In this document: positions 37,017-47,000 of the stretch, one piece after another
How positions within the stretch are numbered: position 1 is the first letter of the stretch
Layout of the letters: the number at the start of each line of letters is the position of its first letter
Assembly: GCA_037444665.1 (NCBI GenBank)
Contig: JBBILZ010000010.1
Span: 1 to 48,895 of the forward strand
Reading direction: 5' to 3'
Source of the DNA: a candidate division WOR-3 bacterium
GTDB lineage: Bacteria; Hydrothermota; Tepidihabitantia; SM23-42; JAOAFX01
DNA length: 48,895 nucleotides
Notes under the pieces: generated by a model
The model's input: only the letters and a program-made list of their open reading frames with translations
The model's database searches: none
What the model was told of the DNA's origin: nothing
Program-made: the position numbers and the translations under genes

Positions 37017-37044
37017 ATTATATTTTTATTATGCCAAAAGTCAA
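37017..37044 (-). promoter_or_regulatory. Promoter of the 37011-30554 operon, apparently leaderless
   Basis: TTGACT-N16-TATAAT-N5-GTG. Confidence 0.7.
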
Positions 37045-37064
37045 GACCATTAAACCGCAGAAGC

Positions 37065-37140
37065 AAGGAGGGGTATCAAGGAAAATCAGGGGGGATGGGA
37101 GGATAGGTGGATTTGAAGTTGAGTGGTTACGTGGATAAGA
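37065..37140 (+). repeat. Degenerate purine-rich 8-bp repeats between divergent promoters
   Basis: GGATGGGA GGATAGGT GGATTTGA AGTTGAGT GGTTACGT GGATAAGA. Confidence 0.5.
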
Positions 37141-37151
37141 GAACGCCCCTC

Positions 37152-37179
37152 TTGATTTTTTTTATTGTTTGCATATAAT
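37152..37179 (+). promoter_or_regulatory. Promoter of the redox operon
   Basis: TTGATT-N16-TATAAT, 9 nt before ATG 37189; no Shine-Dalgarno. Confidence 0.6.
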
Positions 37180-37188
37180 ATCAGTCTT

Positions 37189-37653
37189 ATGCAAATTATT
37201 GATAAGATTATTAAACGATTTAAAGAGAAGGAGATTGACCTTATTCAACTCCTTCATGAGATTCAGAATGAATATAATTATCTACCCCAGGATGTGCTGG
37301 AATATGTTTCAAAGACATTACATATCCCGTTCAGCAAAATATATAGTATCGCCACTTTTTTTACTGCATTCAGTTTGACGCCAAGGGGAAAACATGTTTG
37401 CACGGTCTGTATGGGAACCGCCTGCCATGTGCGGGGTGCACCTGGTGTTTTGAGCCGACTTGAAGAAAGGCTTGGGATAAAAGCAGGTGAGACCACAAAA
37501 GATAAGCAATTTACCTTGGAGAGCGTGAACTGTCTTGGTGCTTGTGCACTTGCCCCAATCGTGGTCATTGATGGAGAATATCACGGACAGACCACAGTAA
37601 ATAAAGTGGATAAACTCTTAGAAAAGTATGCCAAAGAAAAAAGAGAAGATTAA
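37189..37653 (+). CDS. NuoE/HydC-like [2Fe-2S] subunit
   Basis: VCMGTACHVRG and NCLGACALAP; ATG 37189 preferred because TTG 37165 lies inside the promoter. Confidence 0.92.
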   Translation: MQIIDKIIKRFKEKEIDLIQLLHEIQNEYNYLPQDVLEYVSKTLHIPFSKIYSIATFFTAFSLTPRGKHVCTVCMGTACHVRGAPGVLSRLEERLGIKAGETTKDKQFTLESVNCLGACALAPIVVIDGEYHGQTTVNKVDKLLEKYAKEKRED

Positions 37654-39463
37654 AGGCTATCGGTTAGACCTGCTCATCTGTGCTGGAACCGGTTGTGTTT
37701 CTAATCGTTCCTTTATTGTGAAAGAAGCACTGGAAAAGGAGATTTGCCGCAGGGGATTACAGGATGAGGTTCGGGTAATTGCTACAGGTTGCCAGGGATT
37801 TTGTGAACGCGGTCCCATTGTGATTGCCCAGCCCGATGCAATATTTTATCAGCATGTCACAGAAAAGGATGTTCCATATCTGGTTGAAGAACATCTGATT
37901 AAAGGACGTCCTGCAAAGAAATTGATGTATGTCCCGGAAAAAGAGGCATTACCCATTCCCAAAATGTCAGATATTGGATTTTTCAAACATCAGAGATTGA
38001 TTGTCCTGCGCAATCGGGGCAGGCTTGATCCGGAAAATATTGAAGAGTATATTGCATTTGATGGTTACCAGGCACTCCAGAAGGTTCTTACATCAATGTC
38101 TCCAGAGCAGGTCATTACAGAGATAAAAAAATCAGGTTTGCGTGGCAGGGGAGGGGCAGGATTTCTTACGGGGTTAAAATGGGAGTTGTGCAGGTCTGCT
38201 GCTGAACATCCCAAATATATCATCTGTAATGGTGATGAAGGGGACCCTGGTGCATTTATGGACCGCAGTGTGCTTGAGGCAGACCCACATTCTGTTATTG
38301 AAGGCATGCTCATTGGCGCCTATGCAATTGGTGCACAAAAGGGCTTTATCTATGTGCGTAAGGAGTATCCTCTTGCAGTAAAACGTATACATATTGCCCT
38401 TAAACAGGCAATTGATTATGGCTTACTGGGTAATAATATTTTAGGAACTGAGTTCAATTTCTTTATTGATGTGGTGCAGGGTGCTGGTGCATTTGTCTGT
38501 GGTGAAGAGACTGCCATGATGGCAGCAATTGAAGGAAGGGTAGGTAGACCAAGGACAAGGCCACCATATCCAGTAGAGAAAGGGTTATGGGGTAAACCAA
38601 CAAATATAAATAATGTAGAGACCTGGGCAAATGTTCCGGTTATCATTATGCGTGGAGCTGATTGGTTCTCATCCATTGGAACAGAAAAGAGTAAAGGAAC
38701 AAAAATATTTTCACTGGTGGGAAAGATTAACAATACGGGTCTGGTTGAAGTGCCAATGGGTATAACCTTGAGAAAAATAATCTATGATATTGGTGGTGGT
38801 ATTCCGAATAATAAAGAATTTAAGGCAGTTCAGACTGGTGGTCCTTCTGGCGGATGCATTCCCAAAGAGCACCTTGACCTGCCCATAGACTATGAGAGTT
38901 TGAGTGCAGTTGGCTCTATGATGGGCTCAGGTGGAATGATTGTGATGGATGAAGATACCTGTATGGTGGATGTGGCAAGGTATTTTTTGAACTTTACCCA
39001 GCAGGAATCCTGTGGTAAGTGTGTACCTTGTAGATTGGGAACAAAGCAGATGGTTGAAATTTTGAATCGGATTGTTGAAGGTAATGGTAAGGAAGAGGAT
39101 ATTGATTTGCTTGAGACTATTGGCAAGAATGTTAAACTTGCCTCATTGTGTGGTTTAGGTCAGACTGCACCCAATCCAGTTCTAACTACCATCAGATATT
39201 TTAAAGATGAATATATTGCACATATCAAAGAAAAGAGATGCCCGGCACTGGTATGCAAGGCTCTTATCTCTTATGTTATTGACCCAGAACTCTGTACTGG
39301 TTGTGTTGCCTGCGCCAAAAATTGTCCTACAAAAGCGATTATTGGTGAACCGAAAAAGGTTTATAAGATTGACCAGCAGAAGTGTATTAAGTGTGGAATA
39401 TGTCTGACTGTATGTCCACCAAAATTTAATGCGATAAAAAAGGTGTCACCAGCTTTGATTTGA
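37628..39463 (+). CDS. NuoF/HydB-like FMN/NADH-binding subunit with N-terminal thioredoxin-like Fe-S and C-terminal 2x[4Fe-4S] domains
   Basis: CAGTGC..GCQGFC; SGLRGRGGAGF; NGDEGDPGAFMDR; GGPSGG; SCGKCVPCR..SLCGLG; CTGCVACAKNCP and CIKCGICLTVCP. Confidence 0.94.
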   Translation: MPKKKEKIKGYRLDLLICAGTGCVSNRSFIVKEALEKEICRRGLQDEVRVIATGCQGFCERGPIVIAQPDAIFYQHVTEKDVPYLVEEHLIKGRPAKKLMYVPEKEALPIPKMSDIGFFKHQRLIVLRNRGRLDPENIEEYIAFDGYQALQKVLTSMSPEQVITEIKKSGLRGRGGAGFLTGLKWELCRSAAEHPKYIICNGDEGDPGAFMDRSVLEADPHSVIEGMLIGAYAIGAQKGFIYVRKEYPLAVKRIHIALKQAIDYGLLGNNILGTEFNFFIDVVQGAGAFVCGEETAMMAAIEGRVGRPRTRPPYPVEKGLWGKPTNINNVETWANVPVIIMRGADWFSSIGTEKSKGTKIFSLVGKINNTGLVEVPMGITLRKIIYDIGGGIPNNKEFKAVQTGGPSGGCIPKEHLDLPIDYESLSAVGSMMGSGGMIVMDEDTCMVDVARYFLNFTQQESCGKCVPCRLGTKQMVEILNRIVEGNGKEEDIDLLETIGKNVKLASLCGLGQTAPNPVLTTIRYFKDEYIAHIKEKRCPALVCKALISYVIDPELCTGCVACAKNCPTKAIIGEPKKVYKIDQQKCIKCGICLTVCPPKFNAIKKVSPALI

Positions 39464-39465
39464 TT

Positions 39466-41643
39466 ATGATTAAATTGACAATAAATAATAAAGAGATTGA
39501 AGCAAAAAAGGGTGAGACGATTTTGGATGTCTGCCGTCGTGAAGGTATTTATATACCGACGCTCTGCCATCAAGAAAATCTTACACCTTATGGAGGTTGC
39601 CGTCTCTGTGTTGTTGAGGTCCAGGGAAATTCACGACCTATGACTGCCTGTACACTTCCAGTTGAAGATAAGATGGTGATAAAAACTGACACACCACAAC
39701 TTAGTGAACTCAGAAAATTTACGCTCCAGTTGATACTATCTGAACATCCATACTCCTGCTTAATATGCGATAAAACAAAAGAATGTGGAAATTATATGGA
39801 GTGTATAGAAAAAGAACCAATCACATTCGGCTGTAAATACTGTTCTAAAAATGGTGATTGTGAACTACAAAAACTTGTAGAAGAGTTTGGTATAAAAGAG
39901 GTCCCCTATCCATTCCATTATCGCAATCTGCCAGTAGAAGATTATGACCCATTCTTTGAGCGAGATTATAATCTTTGTGTCCTTTGCGGTCGTTGTGTCC
40001 GTGCCTGCGCAGAATTGAGGCATGCCTTTATCATTGATTTTCACCACCGTGGGCCAAAGACACTGGTGGGCACGCCTTTTAATATGCCACACCTTGATGT
40101 GAATTGCCAGTTCTGTGGTGCTTGTGTTGATGCCTGCCCAACCGGAGCGATGCGTGAGCGTTATTCAAAGTATCTGGATAAAGGTGATAAAAAAACAAAG
40201 ACCTATTGTATGCTCTGTAGTATGGGTTGTGCAATAAATGTGGAGACAAAAGAGAACAAGGTAATTAGAACTGTTCCAGAACAGGAACCGCTCTGTGTGC
40301 GTGGTAGATTTGGTATCGCACCTCTGGTCAATCATCCTAAAAGGGTTACTACACCATTATTAAAAAAGAATGGACAACATGTGGAGATCGGGTGGGATGA
40401 GGCACTTGATACTGCAGCAAAGATTTTGACTGATTATCAGAGTAAAACGGGTATTATATTTAATCCTGCATTGACGCTTGAAGCAATAAATAGTTTGAAT
40501 ACTGTTGCTGAGATAATGGGTGTTGAAGATTTTGGTGTAGAATTGAGTGTTATGGAAAATTTTGAGCAGGTTTGCTTTGAAAAGAAGGATAAAAAATCAG
40601 CGCTGATTGTTTTTAATACTGATTTGATTGAAGATTTTTCAGTATTTTTATTGAAACTCAGGAAATTTTTTAATGAGAAGCCAATTATTATTGTGGTTGA
40701 CCTGATTAGAACAAAACTTGCCGAGATTGCCGATTTATGGATACAGATTGAACCCGGCAAAGAACTGGAAATTCTTAATCTAATATTATCAAATGAGAAA
40801 CTGGATAATGTTGTTGGGTTCAAGAAACAGGATATTATTGAGGCACGCAGATTGCTTGTGCGTAGAGAGATATGCGTTATATACAATCCTAAAAATATGG
40901 GGGCAGTTCCATTAAATGATAAATTGAAATGTTATCCACTGGTGAGCACACTGAACTATAATTTTATAAATAATGCCAGAATGCCGCGTATCAATGATAT
41001 ACTCAAAAATGATAAGATTGAATGTTTTTATCTTATTGGTGCAAGTCTTCCTGTATCAAAAGTGCACAAAAAGGTTATAGTACAGGATTGTTTTCTTCCT
41101 GATTTTGAGTTTGATTTATTTTTGCCCGCAGCGACATTTGTGGAAACAGAGGGAAGTTTTATTGATTTGATGGGCAAAGAGAAGAAATTACAAAAGGTCA
41201 TTGAACCCTATGGTGGTGCAAAATCTGATGAATGGATAATAAAAAATATTACTGAGCGCCTTGATTTTGAAATGGCAAAGAGCCCGGCACATCGTAAATC
41301 ATCAGAATTGGAGAGAGAGATACAAGAATCAGTGACCAAAGAGTATCCATTCTTACTTGTAGTAAGGGAGAATGGATATAGATTCAGAAATAAGGCATTC
41401 TCAGAAATCCTGAAGGGATTCCAGAGAATCCACAGGGATGGTTATCTCTGGGTTCATCCTGAAGATGCAGAATCTTTGAATCTAAAACAGCACAGTCAGG
41501 TAAAATTAATAGCGAAAGATTTTGAGACGAGTATACCAATCTATATAACTGACAGGGTTTTAAAGGGTGTGGTTTTTTCCTATTATGACCCGGCAAAGGG
41601 TTTGATTGAGAACCGACCAGTGAGGATAGAATGCGTAAAATAA
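39466..41643 (+). CDS. NuoG/FdhA-like Fe-S subunit with a degenerate molybdopterin-oxidoreductase fold
   Basis: PTLCH..GGCRLC..AC; HPYSCLIC; CVLCGRCVRAC; CQFCGACVDACP; CMLCSMGC..LCVRG; LPAATFVETEGSF; C-terminal VHPEDA domain; no Cys/Sec-His Fdh site or H-cluster motifs seen. Confidence 0.8.
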   Translation: MIKLTINNKEIEAKKGETILDVCRREGIYIPTLCHQENLTPYGGCRLCVVEVQGNSRPMTACTLPVEDKMVIKTDTPQLSELRKFTLQLILSEHPYSCLICDKTKECGNYMECIEKEPITFGCKYCSKNGDCELQKLVEEFGIKEVPYPFHYRNLPVEDYDPFFERDYNLCVLCGRCVRACAELRHAFIIDFHHRGPKTLVGTPFNMPHLDVNCQFCGACVDACPTGAMRERYSKYLDKGDKKTKTYCMLCSMGCAINVETKENKVIRTVPEQEPLCVRGRFGIAPLVNHPKRVTTPLLKKNGQHVEIGWDEALDTAAKILTDYQSKTGIIFNPALTLEAINSLNTVAEIMGVEDFGVELSVMENFEQVCFEKKDKKSALIVFNTDLIEDFSVFLLKLRKFFNEKPIIIVVDLIRTKLAEIADLWIQIEPGKELEILNLILSNEKLDNVVGFKKQDIIEARRLLVRREICVIYNPKNMGAVPLNDKLKCYPLVSTLNYNFINNARMPRINDILKNDKIECFYLIGASLPVSKVHKKVIVQDCFLPDFEFDLFLPAATFVETEGSFIDLMGKEKKLQKVIEPYGGAKSDEWIIKNITERLDFEMAKSPAHRKSSELEREIQESVTKEYPFLLVVRENGYRFRNKAFSEILKGFQRIHRDGYLWVHPEDAESLNLKQHSQVKLIAKDFETSIPIYITDRVLKGVVFSYYDPAKGLIENRPVRIECVK

Positions 41644-41652
41644 AGGTGATTT

Positions 41653-42477
41653 ATGGTTAAAATTCTTAAAAAAGAACAACTTGTGCCCAATATACATTTT
41701 ATGGTGCTTGCCTCAGATGTGATACATCTGAATGCAAAGGCAGGTGAGTTTGTGGTAGTAAGGGCTGATGAAGCTGGAGAGCGCATTCCATTAAATCTTG
41801 TTGATTGGGATGAGAAGAGTGCAAGTGTCGTATTTATGGAAGTGGGAACATCAACAAGGAAACTTGGTTCTGTTAAAGAAGGAGAATATATTGCTGACCT
41901 CGCAGGACCACTGGGAAGACCCACAGAAATGGTCAGTGAAAAGAAGATTATGTGTATTGGTGGTTGTTATGGTATTGGTGCAATATTGCCGGTAATCAAG
42001 GCATACCGGGCGAATAAAAATAAAGTAATCACTGTTATTGAAGCAAGGAGCAGTTTTTTATTATACTGGCAGGACCTTTTGAAAAAATATAGTGACGAAT
42101 TTTACGAAATCACGCGCGATGGAACAAAAGGTTTTGCCGGTCACATTGACAAATTTTTAAATGAATATTTGACTAAGAATAGTGTTGACCTGGTCTATGC
42201 CCAGGGTTGCACATATTTGACCTATCTTGTATCGCAGACGACAAAATCTTTTGGGATAAAGACGATTGTGGGTTTGAACCCGATTATGATTGATGCAACT
42301 GGGATGTGTGGGGTCTGCCGGGTGATAATAAATGGTGAGACAAAATTTGCCTGCGTAGATGGGCCTGAATTTGATGGTCACCAGGTAGATTGGCAGAACC
42401 TCCTTACCAGAAGGCACATCTATATTGATGAAGAACGCAGGTCATTGAGTTTTTATGAATGTGAAAAGTATGGATAG
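41653..42477 (+). CDS. nfnA: NfnA/SudB-like small subunit (FAD, [2Fe-2S])
   Basis: GEFVVV..GERIPL..VGTST..GPLGRP; LNPIMIDATGMCGVCRV..FACVDGPEFD. Confidence 0.85.
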   Translation: MVKILKKEQLVPNIHFMVLASDVIHLNAKAGEFVVVRADEAGERIPLNLVDWDEKSASVVFMEVGTSTRKLGSVKEGEYIADLAGPLGRPTEMVSEKKIMCIGGCYGIGAILPVIKAYRANKNKVITVIEARSSFLLYWQDLLKKYSDEFYEITRDGTKGFAGHIDKFLNEYLTKNSVDLVYAQGCTYLTYLVSQTTKSFGIKTIVGLNPIMIDATGMCGVCRVIINGETKFACVDGPEFDGHQVDWQNLLTRRHIYIDEERRSLSFYECEKYG

Positions 42478-42484
42478 AGGATAA

Positions 42485-43888
<1,404 letters not shown>

Positions 43889-43946
43889 AGAGACCTCAGT
43901 AAGTATTATGCCCTATCTCCATGCTGGCAACCGCGCCCAATAAAAT

Positions 43947-43985
43947 AAAATGCCTAAAAGTCCAAAATACCTAAATATCAAAAAA
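43947..43985. repeat. Degenerate 9-bp tandem repeat
   Basis: AAAATGCCTAAAAGTCCAAAATACCTAAATATCAAAA; same units as at 48481-48554. Confidence 0.6.
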
Positions 43986-43988
43986 AAC

Positions 43989-44034
43989 AATCCCCTTAAA
44001 TCCCCCTTTTTCAAAGGGGGAGATAGGGGGATTT
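43989..44034. terminator. Nested palindrome between convergent nfnB and GH84 genes (REP-like; possible bidirectional terminator)
   Basis: Inner stem TCCCCCTTT-ttc-AAAGGGGGA (44001-44021), flanked by AATCCCCT ... AGGGGGATT. Confidence 0.55.
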
Positions 44035-44121
44035 GTCACGTCCAATAACCAAAAACCATCTTTCTGTAGTGTAAGCTTGCTTTACAGAAAATCCCCAAAA
44101 TTTTGTTTATAATTTAAAAGG

Positions 44122-44928
44122 TTAAATAGCTGTACCTTTCTTGAAAAATTTGCTTGCTGAATAGAGCAATGGTTTGGATTGCAGATACTGGTTCATTGGA
44201 TTGAGCAGTATGCCGCTAATTTTTTTTAATATACCAGGTGTACGATTCTTATAAGGCGATTTTAAGATTATCCCGGGAATATAATCATTGGCATAGATAT
44301 TATCCCATATCAGCGGTGGTCTGTTGATTAAACCGGTGATTTTATCAACATCTTTTACAGTTATCTTTTTTGATACCACGTCTGGACCGGTCCAGAAGAT
44401 TTTTATATCAGGGTTCAATTTCTTTGCTATGGTCAGAATATAATCATTTTTTTCAAATCCACAATACTGGGTTGGACAAAAAAATAGCATACCCTTAGCA
44501 TTATTTTGTTTTACTATCTTGTAAACTTCATTTGCAGTCTGCCCCTGGATTGAGGCATTCTTTGTATTCAGGCCTATCTCTATGTCGTCATAAAGCAGAC
44601 TAAAATGTTTTATGCCGATTTTTATCATTGTCTTTATTTTTTTGACAATCAATTTGAGTTCTGGATTTGCACCAGGGGAGAGTCCATAGTTAAAATTAAT
44701 ACGATATTTCTGTGCAAGGTTATTCAATGTTTCAAATTCTTTTATTATATTTAGTGGATATTCTTTATAATATTCTATTCTGTGGTATGGGTCTGATTTT
44801 GGAGCATATACATAAGTGTTTAATCCAAGTTCGGCAAGAAATTTTATTAAATCGCATCTTTCATAGAATGAATAGTATCTGCCATAGAATCCTTCAACAA
44901 CACCAAAGATTTTTCTATTTTTCTTCAT
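44122..44928 (-). CDS. GH84 beta-N-acetylglucosaminidase (O-GlcNAcase-like), catalytic barrel only
   Basis: GVVEGFYG, YVYAPKSDPYHR, LSPG, LLYDDI (catalytic Asp-Asp), FCPTQYC, WTGPDV, IWDNIYANDY and NPMNQ. Confidence 0.88.
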   Translation of the reverse strand: MKKNRKIFGVVEGFYGRYYSFYERCDLIKFLAELGLNTYVYAPKSDPYHRIEYYKEYPLNIIKEFETLNNLAQKYRINFNYGLSPGANPELKLIVKKIKTMIKIGIKHFSLLYDDIEIGLNTKNASIQGQTANEVYKIVKQNNAKGMLFFCPTQYCGFEKNDYILTIAKKLNPDIKIFWTGPDVVSKKITVKDVDKITGLINRPPLIWDNIYANDYIPGIILKSPYKNRTPGILKKISGILLNPMNQYLQSKPLLYSASKFFKKGTAI

Positions 44929-45181
44929 CAATTGCCTTTAGCAATTTTATCCACGCTTCCGGATTGTTCTGGATTTTTTTCAATTCTTTATTTACATCAA
45001 TCTTGAACCGCTTCTGTAAGACAATCAGGGAATCATCAAGTCCCTGCTGTGGTAATATATTTTTTTTCAGCTCACGCTCTGCCTTTAAATATTCAACAAG
45101 TTTAGGATTGAAATCTGCTCTGGAACAGTATACAAAAAATAGCAGGGTGGGAATGAGAATTATTTTTTTTGTTATTGCCAC
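44915..45181 (-). CDS. Small hypothetical (lipo)protein
   Basis: Overlaps both neighbours; KK, hydrophobic stretch and Cys at the N-terminus. Confidence 0.55.
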   Translation of the reverse strand: MAITKKIILIPTLLFFVYCSRADFNPKLVEYLKAERELKKNILPQQGLDDSLIVLQKRFKIDVNKELKKIQNNPEAWIKLLKAIDEEK

Positions 45182-46005
45182 AGATAGAGGATTTTAGGTA
45201 TAAAAATCTTTTCCATTGGTTCGGTGAACATCTCAATAAGACTGAATCTTTTAGGCGGATAAATAAGATTTGGCCTTTGTATACCGAGCATATCTCCAAG
45301 AATCTTTACTGCATCCTCAAATGTGCCGAGTGTATCAACAAGACCAAGTTGTTTTGCCTGACTGCCCGTGATTATTCTGCCATCAGCAAAATTAACAACA
45401 CTATCTCTGGGTAGACCACGGGCATCACAGGTTGCTTGAACAAATTGGTCATATACATCGGTTACTACATCCTGAAGAATTTTACGGTCTTTTTCATTCA
45501 TTTTACGGAATGGTGAACCAATGTCTTTATGCTCTTTAGATTTTATTACTTCATAATCAATGCCAATCTTTCTCATCAATTCTTCAAAAACAGGGAATTG
45601 CATAATCACACCAATTGAGCCAGTAATCGTTCCCGGATTGGCAACTATTAAATCTGCAGGCAGTGATACATAATAACCACCTGAGGCAGCAAGCGCACCC
45701 ATTGATACAACCACCTTTTTTTGCAATTTTGCCTTTTTGAGTTCTTCATAGATTTCCTGTGATGCTGCGACACCGCCACCAGGTGAATCTACACGCACAA
45801 GGATTCCACCAATGTTTGGGTTTTCAGCGAAATTTTTTATATCCTGGACTACCCTTTTAGAAGTAGTAATTATTCCTTCAATTTCAATCACACCAATACT
45901 ACCGCTGGATACAAAGGTTGTGCTTCTTGAACCCAGGCCAATAATCAAACCCAGGATTACGGCAACCACAATAACGACAATAATTATGATATGTGTTTTT
46001 TTCAT
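45172..46005 (-). CDS. sppA: Signal peptide peptidase SppA (36K type, S49)
   Basis: RVDSPGG, VVSMGALAASGGYY, TGSIGV, KDIGSPFR, DGRIITG..GLVD. Confidence 0.95.
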   Translation of the reverse strand: MKKTHIIIIVVIVVAVILGLIIGLGSRSTTFVSSGSIGVIEIEGIITTSKRVVQDIKNFAENPNIGGILVRVDSPGGGVAASQEIYEELKKAKLQKKVVVSMGALAASGGYYVSLPADLIVANPGTITGSIGVIMQFPVFEELMRKIGIDYEVIKSKEHKDIGSPFRKMNEKDRKILQDVVTDVYDQFVQATCDARGLPRDSVVNFADGRIITGSQAKQLGLVDTLGTFEDAVKILGDMLGIQRPNLIYPPKRFSLIEMFTEPMEKIFIPKILYLWQ

Positions 46006-46021
46006 TTTTTCTCCGTAGGTT

Positions 46022-46049
46022 ATTTTAATTAAATAACTGGTAGTGTCAA
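46022..46049 (-). promoter_or_regulatory. sigma70-like promoter of sppA
   Basis: TTGACA-N16-TAAAAT; GGAG RBS. Confidence 0.65.
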
Positions 46050-46073
46050 GATAACAATTTGAATAATCTTCTA

Positions 46074-47000
46074 TTATGGTACAATGACCGGTATTGCCCG
46101 GGGAATGATTGATATTTCAACTTCCTCTGCCTTTTCTTCTTCACCATCAATATCTGCAAGAAAAATTTCTTTGCTCAATATTCTCAAATTTTTAGTTGGA
46201 AAGTGGAAAAGATTTTGGTATAACAGATGTCGTGCTTCATATACAGGTAATAATACTTTGTAAATAAATTTAAAGATATTGGTATTTTTGACATACAAAA
46301 CTTCAAGGTAGCCATCATCCATCTTTGCCATCGGAGCAATCTTCATACCCCCACCAAAATATTTTCCATTGGTTGCACCGATGATAGAAATTAAGCCTTG
46401 AGTGATTAGTCTATCATCAGCATAAATTTCAAGGTCTAATGGTTTACTGACCATAAGTCCAGCAAAACTTGAAATTAGAAAGGTCAAAAATCCACCAAAT
46501 CTTTTTGGAATATGGTTAGCAATCCTGACAACATTTCCACCAAGTCCAATATCAAATACATTCATAAAGTATCTCTGCCACTGATGGTTTTGATAACGAA
46601 ATTTTACCATGCCCACATCTATCAAAAGAGTTTTTCCGTTCCTAATGATTTCAATGGCTTTTCTATAATTAAATGGAATATTAAGGGTACGGCAGAGGTC
46701 TGCACCTGTGCCCATTGAGATTATTCCAAGCGCGGGCAAGGCATTAGATTCTGCTCTACATTCCAGTATACCATTTATAATTTCATTTATTGTGCCATCG
46801 CCACCAATACTGATGATTAAATCTACGCTGTTTTTTATCGCCTCTTGCGCCAGTTCTTTTGCGTGAAGCCGATACCTGGTTAATTTCATAATTGGTTCAA
46901 TTCCGACTGCGCGCAGTGAATTCTGAATATGTGTTAATTTTCTGTGTGCTGTATAATAACCCGCAGTTATATTGGCAATCACAAAAATTTTATTGAACAT
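46074..47000 (-). CDS. Diacylglycerol kinase family (YegS/DagK-like) lipid kinase
   Basis: GGDGTINEIING, MGTGADL, NGKYFGGGMKIAP and DGE. Confidence 0.9.
   Translation of the reverse strand: MFNKIFVIANITAGYYTAHRKLTHIQNSLRAVGIEPIMKLTRYRLHAKELAQEAIKNSVDLIISIGGDGTINEIINGILECRAESNALPALGIISMGTGADLCRTLNIPFNYRKAIEIIRNGKTLLIDVGMVKFRYQNHQWQRYFMNVFDIGLGGNVVRIANHIPKRFGGFLTFLISSFAGLMVSKPLDLEIYADDRLITQGLISIIGATNGKYFGGGMKIAPMAKMDDGYLEVLYVKNTNIFKFIYKVLLPVYEARHLLYQNLFHFPTKNLRILSKEIFLADIDGEEEKAEEVEISIIPRAIPVIVP

Noticed and set aside
37189..41643. Calling the trio an [FeFe]-hydrogenase, a formate dehydrogenase or complex I NuoEFG
   Set aside because: No H-cluster motifs, no Cys/Sec-His Fdh site or in-frame TGA, and no membrane nuo genes adjacent.
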